From positions 1-64,000 of IMG/VR virus record IMGVR_UViG_3300030419_002557: a stretch of 64,000 nt of DNA. One strand, given 5' to 3'. Source of the DNA: a virus. Position numbers and translations under genes: made by a program. Below, one piece after another: positions 1 to 11,600 of the stretch (positions within the stretch are counted from its first letter, which is position 1; the number at the start of each line of letters is the position of its first letter). Below the pieces are notes generated by a model. It made no database searches, was not told where the DNA came from, and worked only from the letters and a program-made list of their open reading frames with translations.

Positions 1-2
1 GC

Positions 3-2669
3 GCATTCAAGAAAGCAGTGTACGGAACAGACATGGTGAACTATTTGGGTCGCCCTGTCCTCATAACGGAAGACCCTAACTTCGGTCAAGAGCACCACTA
101 CGAAGACCTCCATAAGAACACGTCTCTTCAAGCTGAAAAAAAGTGGTATTCAGACGCTGTAAACACCGCACGAGTGAGAGGGATCGAAGCCCATTACGAA
201 GCACAAATTCAGGAGGCAAGAGACAGGGCGAACCAACCAAGGCGTACAACCACAACCACAACCTCGACAGGAGGAGGGTCAGGGAGAGGAGGGACTTCTG
301 GGGATATGGGAGCCCCCGCAAGCCCGCAAACCCGTGCAACAGAAAGGCAGATTGCAGACTACGAAGCCCGTCTCAGAGAGATTCAGGAGAAACGCGGCGG
401 AGTCTTGGGTAGAAGGCGAGACATCCTTGATGATTTCCTTGGCCCAAGAACAGCAACAGAGATGCTTACGCCCTACGAGGTGACCGATCCAGCAACAAGC
501 AGGATTCTGGACGAGGTTATGGGCATTGAGGATGAGGAGGCCCGCAATCGCGCTTTGCGTGAAGGCCGCATGCTCATTGACACTGAACGTGCGAAGTTGG
601 CTCCAGAGTTCGTTGAGTCTCAGGTTCTAAATAGACAAGCGCTCCAAGGGCATTACCAAGACGCATGGCAGGAGCTTGAGAAAGCAAAAAGAACATTTGC
701 GCGTGCTCATGCATCCGCTGTTCGTCTTCGAGCAAAATACGAAGAAATGGTGAAGCCCTTCGAAAACGATCCAAACCGCACTGTGGCGCTGGATGCCATG
801 TCTTCCAAATTAGAGCCGATTGTCGCGGCTATTCAGTCTCAGGAGCGCCTTCAAAGGCGAGCAGAAGAGCGAATGCAAATCATGGGGCAAGTGCATGATG
901 CATTAGAAATGCTTCAAGGGCCGCGCGGTGCCACTGCTGAGTGGTCGTCTTTAAGTCCACAGAACCGCTTGTTGGTTTTGCAAGCAATCAACGCAAAGTC
1001 TACGGCAAAAGCCTCCAGAAATAACGATGAGATTTCCAATGTTCGAGAAGAGATTCGGCTTGCAGAGTTTGAGATCCAAGACTTGGAGCAAAGCCTTGGG
1101 CCAAGAACAAGCGCAGACTTTAGGAACTCTGACCCAGGGCGGGCAGCGCTACAGAATCTTCAAGAAAACCAACAGGCTTTAAACGGGCTTCTTACTGAGC
1201 AAAACGAACATGTGATGTTTTCTGGAGAAGCGCAGGGCGCTATTGACCACTTGGTGGCCAATGACCCAGCCTATCGAATCCAGCCGCCAGCATCTCTTGG
1301 CCTCGGTGTAGAGAGTCCCGCTCTTGACGTTCTTGAAGATGATTTAGAAGAAGAGGCTATGACGCAGTGGCTTAAAGAGGGCGGGCTCGTAGGCGAGGAT
1401 TACGCTGAAGGAATTCTGGAAGGGGCTGATCAGACTTCTATAGATGCTGCTCTGCGAGCAGGGGCTCTGGGGCACGATCCAGCCCAAAGCGCCCAAACCC
1501 AGCTTGAGAGACAAACCCAGCTACAAACCTCATTAGAAGAACGAATCAATGCTTTGTCCGATGAAAGCATTAGAGGTGATACTTCTGCCGTCTTTAAAAT
1601 TCAGCAAGACATCAACGCTTGGCTACTTGATCAGGGAAAAGACCCGATTAAAGAAGACGGTCTTTGGGGAAGCGCAACACAAGATGCCATCAATGATGGG
1701 TACTTGGAAGGTCTTCAGATTCAACTTGAGACGGCGAAAGAGGTACGGGAACAAACCGAAAAACAACTAAATAGGATCTCAGAATTTGAGAAGAGAGAGG
1801 GGCGTCCCGAGTTTCGCGAGGAGGGAGAAGACCCCGGAGCTTCTAAAGTTAGATTGAAAAAAGATGGTGAGGTGGTTCGGTCCTACGATCTTCCAGCAAT
1901 GGAATCGACAGAAGTGCCCGAGGAACTTGTAGACTCTAAGCTCACGATTCCTACTGGAGGCGCTCGCTACCGGACCCCAGGCCTTAGTGTTGAGGAGACT
2001 GTCGAGGGTGCCCGTGCAAAAAGTGAGGAGTTGGATCAAGCTGGAATAATAGAAGTAGAGCCGGTAGAATCTTTTGATTGGGTAACAGAATTCAACACAC
2101 CAGAGGGGCTTACGGAGCCTGAGCCTGAGTTTGATATTGACAGCTTTGAGTTCGATGTAACTACTGAGGATGATCCTTTGCCGCCGCCCCCGTCCCCCTT
2201 GAGGCCGAGCGAGATCGATCTTTGGGAATATCTTGAAGCAGAGAAAAGATTGAAGGAGGAGACGGAGGGCATTGAGTTCGATGTAACTACTGAGGCTGAT
2301 CCGCCCTGGGTTTGGGAAATAGAACAAGAGTTCCCACGATGGTGGAATATCGATTCATACTTGTCTGGTCTGATTTCGCTTGGAAATGATGCACCCGCAG
2401 TTGCGGAGTACCTCACCGAAAAACGATACAACTATGATCCTGTTCTTCATCAGATGCTCTCAGATAAGATCTTTAGCTCCGAGTTTGATCGCAGCATGCA
2501 AGCAGACCGAGCAGTTGCAGAGCAAATTCTTGGTCACTACCAATCAATGAACCTACAGGCTAAGGATAGGTATGGGGATGATTACCAGAACAGGGTAAAG
2601 ACTCATGCCGACATACTTGGTCCTCCTCAGACGGATGATGATATTCTTACTAATGGATTAGGCCTGTAG
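3..2669 (+). CDS. Large virion-associated (probable internal/ejection) protein with an internal peptidoglycan-binding motif; 5' end probably outside the window
   Basis: Frame is open to the left window edge. Helical Q/E/A-rich sequence. Motif VFKIQQDIN..DPIKEDGLWGSATQDAI (~1590-1691) resembles PG_binding_1. Lies directly upstream of the giant protein. Confidence 0.6.
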   Translation, partial: AFKKAVYGTDMVNYLGRPVLITEDPNFGQEHHYEDLHKNTSLQAEKKWYSDAVNTARVRGIEAHYEAQIQEARDRANQPRRTTTTTTSTGGGSGRGGTSGDMGAPASPQTRATERQIADYEARLREIQEKRGGVLGRRRDILDDFLGPRTATEMLTPYEVTDPATSRILDEVMGIEDEEARNRALREGRMLIDTERAKLAPEFVESQVLNRQALQGHYQDAWQELEKAKRTFARAHASAVRLRAKYEEMVKPFENDPNRTVALDAMSSKLEPIVAAIQSQERLQRRAEERMQIMGQVHDALEMLQGPRGATAEWSSLSPQNRLLVLQAINAKSTAKASRNNDEISNVREEIRLAEFEIQDLEQSLGPRTSADFRNSDPGRAALQNLQENQQALNGLLTEQNEHVMFSGEAQGAIDHLVANDPAYRIQPPASLGLGVESPALDVLEDDLEEEAMTQWLKEGGLVGEDYAEGILEGADQTSIDAALRAGALGHDPAQSAQTQLERQTQLQTSLEERINALSDESIRGDTSAVFKIQQDINAWLLDQGKDPIKEDGLWGSATQDAINDGYLEGLQIQLETAKEVREQTEKQLNRISEFEKREGRPEFREEGEDPGASKVRLKKDGEVVRSYDLPAMESTEVPEELVDSKLTIPTGGARYRTPGLSVEETVEGARAKSEELDQAGIIEVEPVESFDWVTEFNTPEGLTEPEPEFDIDSFEFDVTTEDDPLPPPPSPLRPSEIDLWEYLEAEKRLKEETEGIEFDVTTEADPPWVWEIEQEFPRWWNIDSYLSGLISLGNDAPAVAEYLTEKRYNYDPVLHQMLSDKIFSSEFDRSMQADRAVAEQILGHYQSMNLQAKDRYGDDYQNRVKTHADILGPPQTDDDILTNGLGL
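2146..2302 (+). repeat. Intragenic direct repeat encoding EFDVTTE(D/A)DP
   Basis: TTGAGTTCGATGTAACTACTGAGG at ~2146 and ~2272. Confidence 0.8.
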
Positions 2670-2684
2670 ATAGGATTTGGATAA

Positions 2685-5600
2685 ATGGCAACGCCCTCAG
2701 TACCCGGAGCCGGAAGAGCCGGTGTTCGAGCTAACGAAGAAGAAGAACAAGAGGGATACCCAGAGGGTTGGGCGGTGCCTGAACCTCCGCCAGTAAGTTT
2801 GGAGGAAGCCGAAAAACTAAAGATACGGCTTCAAGAAGCTGTTCTCGATTGGGCTCAAAAAACACACCCAGGTTTGACAGAAGAAGAGCGGAAAGAAAAA
2901 GCCGAAGAAAAATGGGAAACCCTTCGGGTACATGACGATTTGAGTTCTGATGCCGCCAGAGCGCATGCGGCATATGAAACGGAAGAAGACAACGCTGATT
3001 TTGAGCTTCTTCGTGTGCTGGTTCCTCGTGAGGCTGTGTTCCCGTTGCCGGGTTCGTGGTCACCAACCGCATCAATGCACCAACGCCTTGAAGACAGAAA
3101 GCTGTTTAGCATTGCGAACTCCCTTCAGAAGGCTGATGGTCTTTCTCCAGAAGAGGCCATGGTTAGGGCGCACCAGTCTCCAGTTTCTCGTCACGAGGGA
3201 GGGGGCCTCGACTTTGCCCAGCGGTTTGAGTCGTTTGAAAGAATGATCAATCGCCCCGGCGCGTTTGGCGCTGTTGTTGACATTGCTAAAGAGAGTGCTG
3301 TTGGCGAGGCTATTCAGTCGGGCGTGGGGTATGCGTGGGACTTTGTCACGCTTGATACCGGGGCTGCGCCAGCCGAGGACTACTACGGTGGCGCAAGAGG
3401 TAAAGAGTGGTGGACGAAAAGATCAACACCATTCAATGTTCAGGCTGTTTTTAAAGGCCACGCTGATGCTGATGCGTTTGAAGACGTATTGTTTAAAGAG
3501 TACCGTGGCGAGGAAAGGCCGTGGTACGAGACTGTAGAAATGCGGGCCCATAAAGGCGAGGCGTATCAAGACGAAATCGATCTTTTCAATAAGAACGTAG
3601 ATCGTAGAAATGAACTCATGAGCGGCAACGCTGAGTTTATAGATTTGTTTGGTCAGTGGGTCAAGCAAAGAGAGGCTTTTCTTGAGGAGGTCGGAAACCT
3701 TAATTATGGCCTTTGGGACCATCTTGACTTTGACAACGCATACGCCGCCAGAAACGTCAATTGGATTGGAAATTACAGACAGGGAACAAAGAGGCCTGAG
3801 CGTTATTCCAGCACTTATTCCGAGGACCGGGCGGCTTGGGGTGAAGCATCGACCTTTCCCAAGGATAGCCAGCTTTACGAGCGTGTAGAAGCTGCTGTTG
3901 AAATGTGGAAGATGGTTGACCAGTTGGACCCAAACTCCGCCATGTACTCCTCAGCAAAAGAAAGGCTCGACCGGGCTCTTGGGAACATTCCAAACGACAT
4001 GTTTCCAGATTCTTTGTTGAGGACCACCCATAGAAATACTTACGGGGAATCGTCCTTTGCGACAAGGGCTGGCCATGTGCGGAATAGCACATGGGGTGAC
4101 GTATCAATGGTTGCCAACCCGCTTTTTGAGTTGGCTACATTGGACCTCGATTTTAGCGGCGTGAAGACCTCGGCACAAGCTGTTGGCCACCTTGGTCTCC
4201 AAACGGCCTCAACGCTGTACCACGGATGGGACAACTACCTTTGGGATTGGACGCACCTTGGTCTTCTGAATCTCATGCCAGAAGACATCGGTCTTACCGC
4301 AGAAGCATTGTACGGCAACTCCGCTATTGAAGATTTCAAGAAGTTCTTTGATAATGAAGAGCTTGTTTCTGATGACTTAGAAGAACGAAAAGCCATCTTG
4401 TATAGGATGGCTCTCGGCATGAGTCGTGCTGAGATGCACCTAAACAAGTTTGTTCTGGATGTTCCCGAACTCTCTAGATTTAAAGATGCGTTTTTGTCGG
4501 CACAAGACTTCCCTGTTGCACCAGAAGTTGCACTGAACGGCGCTACACCCCCTGGTGGCGGAGAGTATCTCACGCACTCGGTGGGTGAGATTATGGATGC
4601 AGCCAAGGAGTCGGCTGAGTCAGAGGGCATGACCCTGGAGGAGTATGTAAACTCCGACACAGGGTGGGCGAACATTAGTCAAAAGCTCAACAAGCTTAAG
4701 CTGTACAAGCTTCCGCACGCGATGTCTTCCGGCCTCATAAACGCTATGGGCGGGTATGAAGGTTTTCGCAAGCACGTCGAAAGGTACGTTGGCGCGAGAG
4801 AGCACTACTTTGGCAGAGAGGACCGGCAGGCCGGTAATTTCGCTATGGAAACTCTCGGTAACGCAATGTCGGACACCTATATTGACGGCGGAAATATCCG
4901 GGTCACAGAAAACACAGCGGGCTCAGTTATGAGGATTGGCTCTACTCTTCTGTTCGACCCCGTTGCAGAAACGGCGATGGATTTGCTTTTTGATCCGTTT
5001 ATGGAACTTAAAGATCAGCTTGGCGGCAGGGCGTGGCATGGTCGAGCCAACGACAGGGGCGGTATTCAAGACTGGTTTTACGGACTAGAAAACCCAGAAG
5101 GCGCTGGCTTTTGGGGCCGACTGCAAGACGCTGCGCTTAATGGTTTACGCTATGACAAGACTGACTCCGAATACCGCAATCTTATTGGGGCAGGCATAGC
5201 TCTGGATATTTGGGTTCCCGGTGAAGGATGGGCTCTTACTGCCATGTCCCGCCCCCTTGTAGGGACCGCCCGACTTGGTAAGTTGATGGAAGACATTCCA
5301 GGCATGCGGATTTCCTCCGACACGTTGCGTGCAGCGTATTTGCCAGAAGGCGTTTTTGGGGCAGGAAGTCTTTGGGAAAAGATCGCCCCAGCAGAAGACA
5401 TTGCCGATTACGAGCGGGCTGTTGATGTTGCCGAAGAATCAGCAACAGCGCGGCGTGACGCAGAGGTCGACGATAGGAGTCGTTTTCAGCGAGCACGCAC
5501 CGCCGTGTTTGGTGACCCGGAAGTAAACCTTGCAAAAAAGAGGTTGAAAAGAGCGCGAGCATACCGGCAAGGCACCATGGGTTGGAGAAGCTGGACCCCT

Positions 5601-8600
5601 TTTGCAAAGCCCAGAGAGCTTAAAGCAGAATTTGGCGGCATGCATGACATTACAAAGATTGCTGCTGAGCAGCACTTCAACAACAACTTAACGCAAGGGG
5701 TTCACCCTTTAGAGGGCTTTGGCCCCAAGTTTAGAAGCAACGTCTACGAGGTGATGAGGCGTGCTGGCGTTAAGGGTGAAGAGGTTGATCGCGTCTTAAG
5801 AGACTCTTCTCAAATGCGAAGCGCCAGATTCCTTTCTGAAGCGGCAGAACGCCTTACAAACGTAGACGACTATACGATGCAGATCAGAGAGTCTGCGCTG
5901 TACAGTCGGCTTAGAGATGAGCTTGAGGCGGCAAATCATCGTACTCCACTGCACTACAAGAACCTTCGTGGCGTTGACGCGGTTGATGCTTGGATGGCGA
6001 TGGTAGAGACTATTGGTGTAGCATTTGCTCGAACAAGAGGCCTTGAAGACGGTTTAAAAGCTACAGAACAATTCATGCAGCAGCGTCTTGCTGAGATTGA
6101 TTCTGGTCGGCTTATAGAGCCACCATCCAGGGCTATTGCGGGAGACACAAGAGGCTTCGATTCAGCCAAACAGGGTTTGATGGATGGAGTACCCTCTGAT
6201 CAAATCAAGATTCGGGAGGTTAACCTCGACAACGAGGCAGAACTTTTAGCGATGAAAAACTCGTCAGAGTACGAGACTGTTAGAGCTATTGGTGACAAGC
6301 AGGCCTTGCGAAGCATGTCTATGTCTTTGCTGGTTACCCTGCTGGGTCGAGTGGAGGCTGGAAGCAATGTTGGTGCGGACATTCTAGGGGAAATCGCACA
6401 CCGACTTTCAAAAGAGTTTGCTGACTCCCCAGGCACCGCACAATCAAAGTTTGACGAATTTGTTGAGCTTCTCTCCCAGGCGGAGGAAGACCTGCTTTCG
6501 CGGCTTCCAAACCAAGCAGATCGTGTTCAAAACCTGTTCGACAACATTCTTAATGATATTTCAGAACGGGTTCGTCTTGCTCGTGAAACACTTGATGAAT
6601 CATCTACGGCAAAAGCCACTAAGGTTCAGGCCGACACAGGTCGGGCGCAAATCGTCCAAGCTATTAGGAAGCTTGTTGAGGGAGACCTTCTTGAAGCTGA
6701 GCAAGGCGCGGTACTAGAGGCGCTTGTCATGTCTCTTCCTGAAAGGGTTCTCAGAGACATTAGGCTTTCGGAACAGATTGCCGGTATTGCGCGTGGTAAT
6801 GCAGCACGAAGCCTGCCTCTCCTTTCCGAGGGTGGGCCTGTAGACCGTCTAATAAGCTCTGTAGAGTTCTACGGTTTCGCTGACGAGGTTGGAACGCTTA
6901 AGGCTGGGGAAAACGCCCTTTTCGTGGGCGCAACGGTCGACGAAGTCCTGCAAGCGATTCGGTTTAAAAGAGATGAAAATCAAGGGTTTAAATCGTTAGG
7001 CATTCGGTACGTCAGCAAGAAGAAGAATCCCGATACCGGAAAAGCATACACCGCCAGAGAGCTTGCGGAAAAATACGTTGATGCTGAAACGTGGATGCGT
7101 AGGCAGCAAGGAGAGTCCTTTTCGCCCGAGAAGATCGAACAGCTTGTAAACCAGTTCGAAAAGGCACTTCATGCGTACAAGAAGGGATCTGACCGCGTTG
7201 GCCCTCGCACATACCAATTTCTTCATGAGTTGGGGCACGCCATATCTATGTCGTTCCTTTCAGACAGTGAGATCGCTATCCTGTCGAAGGCTTTTCGCGA
7301 TGAGTTAGACGACTTTGGCTTGTTCAGGGACACCCCCTATACTCGCGAATTCTCAACAATGACTGACGTTCAGTTTACTGAGTGGTTTGCGGAGAACTTT
7401 GCAGAGTATGTGATTACGCACCAGTTGCCTAAAGTTCTTGCCGGTGACGCCGGTTCGTCTGGTTTACTCCGCATTTTTAGCAACATCATGGAGCGTCTGT
7501 CTAACTACTTTAGCTCTTGGTTCCGTCGTGCTCCACGCGCAAAGACTGACTTCCATCCGGCCCTCGCAAATGTCATTGATCGCCTTTTCGATGGAAAAGC
7601 AGCGGCCATGGCTTCTAGGCGGGAAATCGCGCTCCGTCGTGCTTCACGGTATCAAATGCGTCTGTCCGACGAGGGCATTTTTAGCACACTGTCGGTGCAG
7701 CGATCCGGTCTTGATGGCCAATACATTCCAGAACTTGATGACGTTGAAGTTGCTGAAGACCTGTTGAGGATGGATGAGGGACCACAGGTTGACGTTGTAG
7801 ACGCTGAGAAGTCCAACATTCCAAGTGATGTCGGTCTTGGTGAACTCAGCCTCGACGAAGCAAATGCTGCAATGCGTCAAGCAAAGACAGGCTCACAGCT
7901 TGCTGACTTTATCTCTGAGAACGCAAGCGACCCTGTACACCAACGTATTGCTGAGCGTATCAAGCCTCACTTGAACGATACTGAGGTTCATGTAATCGAG
8001 GGCCCTGATGATATACCCGAAGCCATATATGAAATGGAGAAGAAAGGCACACTGCCAAAACTTGTTGCCTATCAAATAGCCACACTCTCCGCACACGAAT
8101 CTCGGTTGAGGTCAGTCACCAGGGGCCTGAACTGGTCACCCGAGGGTGACGCTTTTAATGATGTGTTCCTTCGTGGAAACAAGGCTTACTCTGGAACAAC
8201 CGCTGAAACAGCGTTGCACGAGTTGGTACATGCAGCCACCGTGAGGCGGCTTTCTGATGGCAACCTTTCTGCTAACAAGGGCACTGCGCTTCAAAAAGCT
8301 ACGTCTGATATTTTTGACCTTCGCAACCAAGTCGTCAAGATTGCCAAACAAGCTCAAAAAGACAAGACTCTTGATCCAGCGATTGAAGACATCCTGATAA
8401 GAGCAACAGCAAACGAGAAAGAGTTTGTTGCTTATGGCCTGACAAACAAGACATTCCAAGACTACTTGATGACCATTAAGGTCGAAGACAAGTCAATGTG
8501 GAACGTCTTTGTCGAGAAGATTGCAGACCTTCTTGGTGTTGCCAAGAAGGACCAAAACGCTTTAACGGACTTGGTCCGCATGACGGACGAACTGCTTGAC

Positions 8601-11600
8601 GCGCCACTTGAGGAGCTTCCGTCGCGGCCATTGACCGAATGGCTGACTCTGATGGAGGAGCCTGTTGGCGCTGCCGCTAGAGCGGCTGATGACGTGGAGA
8701 TTACCGTCGCAGCGGTGGGCATGCGTCCTGAGTTTATGGAAGCGCAGTTGCTAATGAACCGCGCAAACGAAGCTAGAAAGAGCAGGGATGCTGCCACAAA
8801 TGCTGGCACACGTCGGATGTACCAGCGCCAGCTTGATACGGCGAATAGAAGACTCTACCTCTTGCTTGAACCAGACCTTAAAAAGGCTTTGACTGAGGGT
8901 CTTGACCCTGATGTGGTTCAAATCACAAATCTCACCGAGGCTGGAGGTTTTGAGCGCAGCCTTGGTGCGTTTGCTGATTATGCCCCAGAGGGTGGGTTCT
9001 ACGTCACGCTAAAGGGTCCTCGCGACATCATCTTGGGGCGCGTTGCCGAGTATTCGCGGGCCTACAACCAAGACGCAATGCTGGTTCGTGAGCGAATCAA
9101 AACGGTTGACATTGATAAAACCAAGCCCCTGATCGAACAAATATCTTTTGATGACAAAGGTGTTCAGCGCGGAGCCACGGCACGAATTGTTATTCCTCGT
9201 GCTTTTGAAGGCAAACTTGCTCAAGCGATTATGCAAACAATCGCTAAGAACGAGACCGGCGCAACAATCCGTTTAGATACTTTAGAAGACGGAAGAGGTG
9301 TAATCGAGTTGGTCCATGTACCAGAGTGGATTCCAGCCCAATACGCCTCAGTTGAGACATTTCGTGACATTGTAGAGAAGGTCGCGGGTGATATTAAAGA
9401 ACATACCAAAAAGAAAAAGCTTGGCGACGTAGAGGTCACTTTTGAACAGGAGTCCGTCTACGCTGTTTCACACAGCAGGGGAGCACCAGATGCCGCAAAC
9501 AACCCAGGACTCTATGAATACTGGATCGAACGAAGCAGAAACCAACTCAGAAAGCAGGGAAGAGATGCTGCGCCGCTTTTCGAACTCGCTGAGGAAGGTG
9601 TTGGAACTGGACCCGTTACCCGAGGACCACGACTTCAGCCCGGAGGCGACAGACCGGCGGTTAATGGATCTAATTCCCTCCTCGACATCCCAGGGGCAGC
9701 AAGGCGAATTGGACCAGAAATCAGAAGAGTCCTCAATGAGCGTGATGCTTTTGACTCAGGGCACCTTTCAGAAGAACTAGCGGCTGAGTTCAATGTTCAA
9801 TCAGAAATCGCTGGTGGAACGCCTCATGACATTGTTGATTTAGAAGTAGATTCTGGTCTTAAACAACGGATTTCTTTATCCGAGATCACGCCAAATCAAG
9901 CATCAGAAATCAAGTCAAGGCTTGGCACAGCGAACCCTCTTGAGGATGTTTCGTTTGATGTAGAGTTTACTGTTGAGCGCGTCACCGAAACCCCAGAAGG
10001 AAAGGTTGTTGAGCGCTCCAAAGTGTCTGTTCCTGTGTTTCCAGTCTTAAAGGCAACAGACTTCGCTGGAGCAAAGGGGCAGAAAGTTCTTATTCCGGGT
10101 GGAATGGAGGGAACCTTTAGCTTCTCGGACGTTCAATACCTGGCCAGAAGACCTATTGAAATGATTCTGGAGGAAGCAGCAACCAAGTGGTGGGATGATC
10201 TCCCTAAAAATGATGATGGTGTAAACATCTTTGGCAAGAGGGAGGATCTTGGAAACTATGATGAGATCATGGCCCAGTACAAGGAGGCGTATTCCTCCAT
10301 GCTGGATCGCATGTATGACAAGCTGCACAACAGCTACGGCCTAGAGAAGCATCGCCCTAAAAACGAAGAAATCTTTGATGGCGGTAGATTTAAGAGCAAG
10401 GAAGCAAAGTTCCAGTGGGAACAAGAAATTGAAATCCACATGATGGATGTCGCTTCTCAGTATGTTTTTGCATACCTGTCAATGCAAACCAACCTCTTAG
10501 ACAATCAGGCGTTTGCCGCAGTTGTAAGGCCGAGAAGCTTTGCTGATCTGTCGGATATGGTCAACAGATACCGAACGGCTAAGCGAAACAAAGGTTCAGA
10601 CCTTGATCGGGATGAAGCAAACCACATTCTTGGGTTTTCTCTAACTTTGTCGGAAGGTGTTTTAAAGAACCGTTTTGGTAAGAAGACAAAGCTTGCTGAT
10701 GTCGAGACAGACATCCTTCCAATAATCCAGATTCATGATTGGACCAAGCCCGGTGGGCCGTTGATTACTGTGCAGTCTGTTGACATTGCGCCGCTCAATG
10801 CGGACAAAATCGCAGGAAAAACTAGGAAAGCGCTGGCCCGCTACGTCAAATCAAAAGAAAAGGTTGCAAAGAAAGAAGCGCTTCTTGCAAGAACAAAAGA
10901 CGCATCGAAAAGAAAAAGGATTCGGGCGGAGCTTAGGGCTGCGATTAAGGAGATGCAGGCCGCCGATGTTCAACACCAGGCGCTGCTTAACTCTGTTTCT
11001 ACCCAAGACGTTGTACAGCTTACCGGCGACATTGCTTTATCAAGCCCAGCAAACACCACCCGTCTGCTGGAAATGTACGAGATGATGCATGAGGACTTCT
11101 TAAGAGTCCAAAAAGGAGAACTTAAGCACGGCTTTTTCGAGCGCTATCCTGGCGAAGATTGGGATGCGTTCTCTGATAGGGTGTCCAGCATGGTGCCAGG
11201 AATGGCAACCAAGATCAGCGCATTCGGAATCTATTGGCAAAACCCTATTGCGGCCTCAATTGGTGCTCTCGACATCCATATGATTGGAATGATTGGGCCT
11301 GAACTCTTTAAGGAGCAGCGCTGGCTGAATAAGGCTGAGGGCTGGTATCGAGACTGGCAGTCGATCAAAAGTGATGCTGCAAAGAAGCACCTAAAAGAGG
11401 TAGCTGAAACCGCGCTTATTAGAGATACAGGCACCGAACCAACAAAGACAGCAATCTCAAAAAAAGCAAAGGAGATGCTTTCTTCTGAGCTTAAGGAAAG
11501 GGCTCGCGTTTCGTTTGAAGACTTTCTTTCCACAGGCAAATCCAATCCCGCATACACGTTTTGGCGCGAACAGTTGAGGGGCGAGATTACTGCTCCTGAG

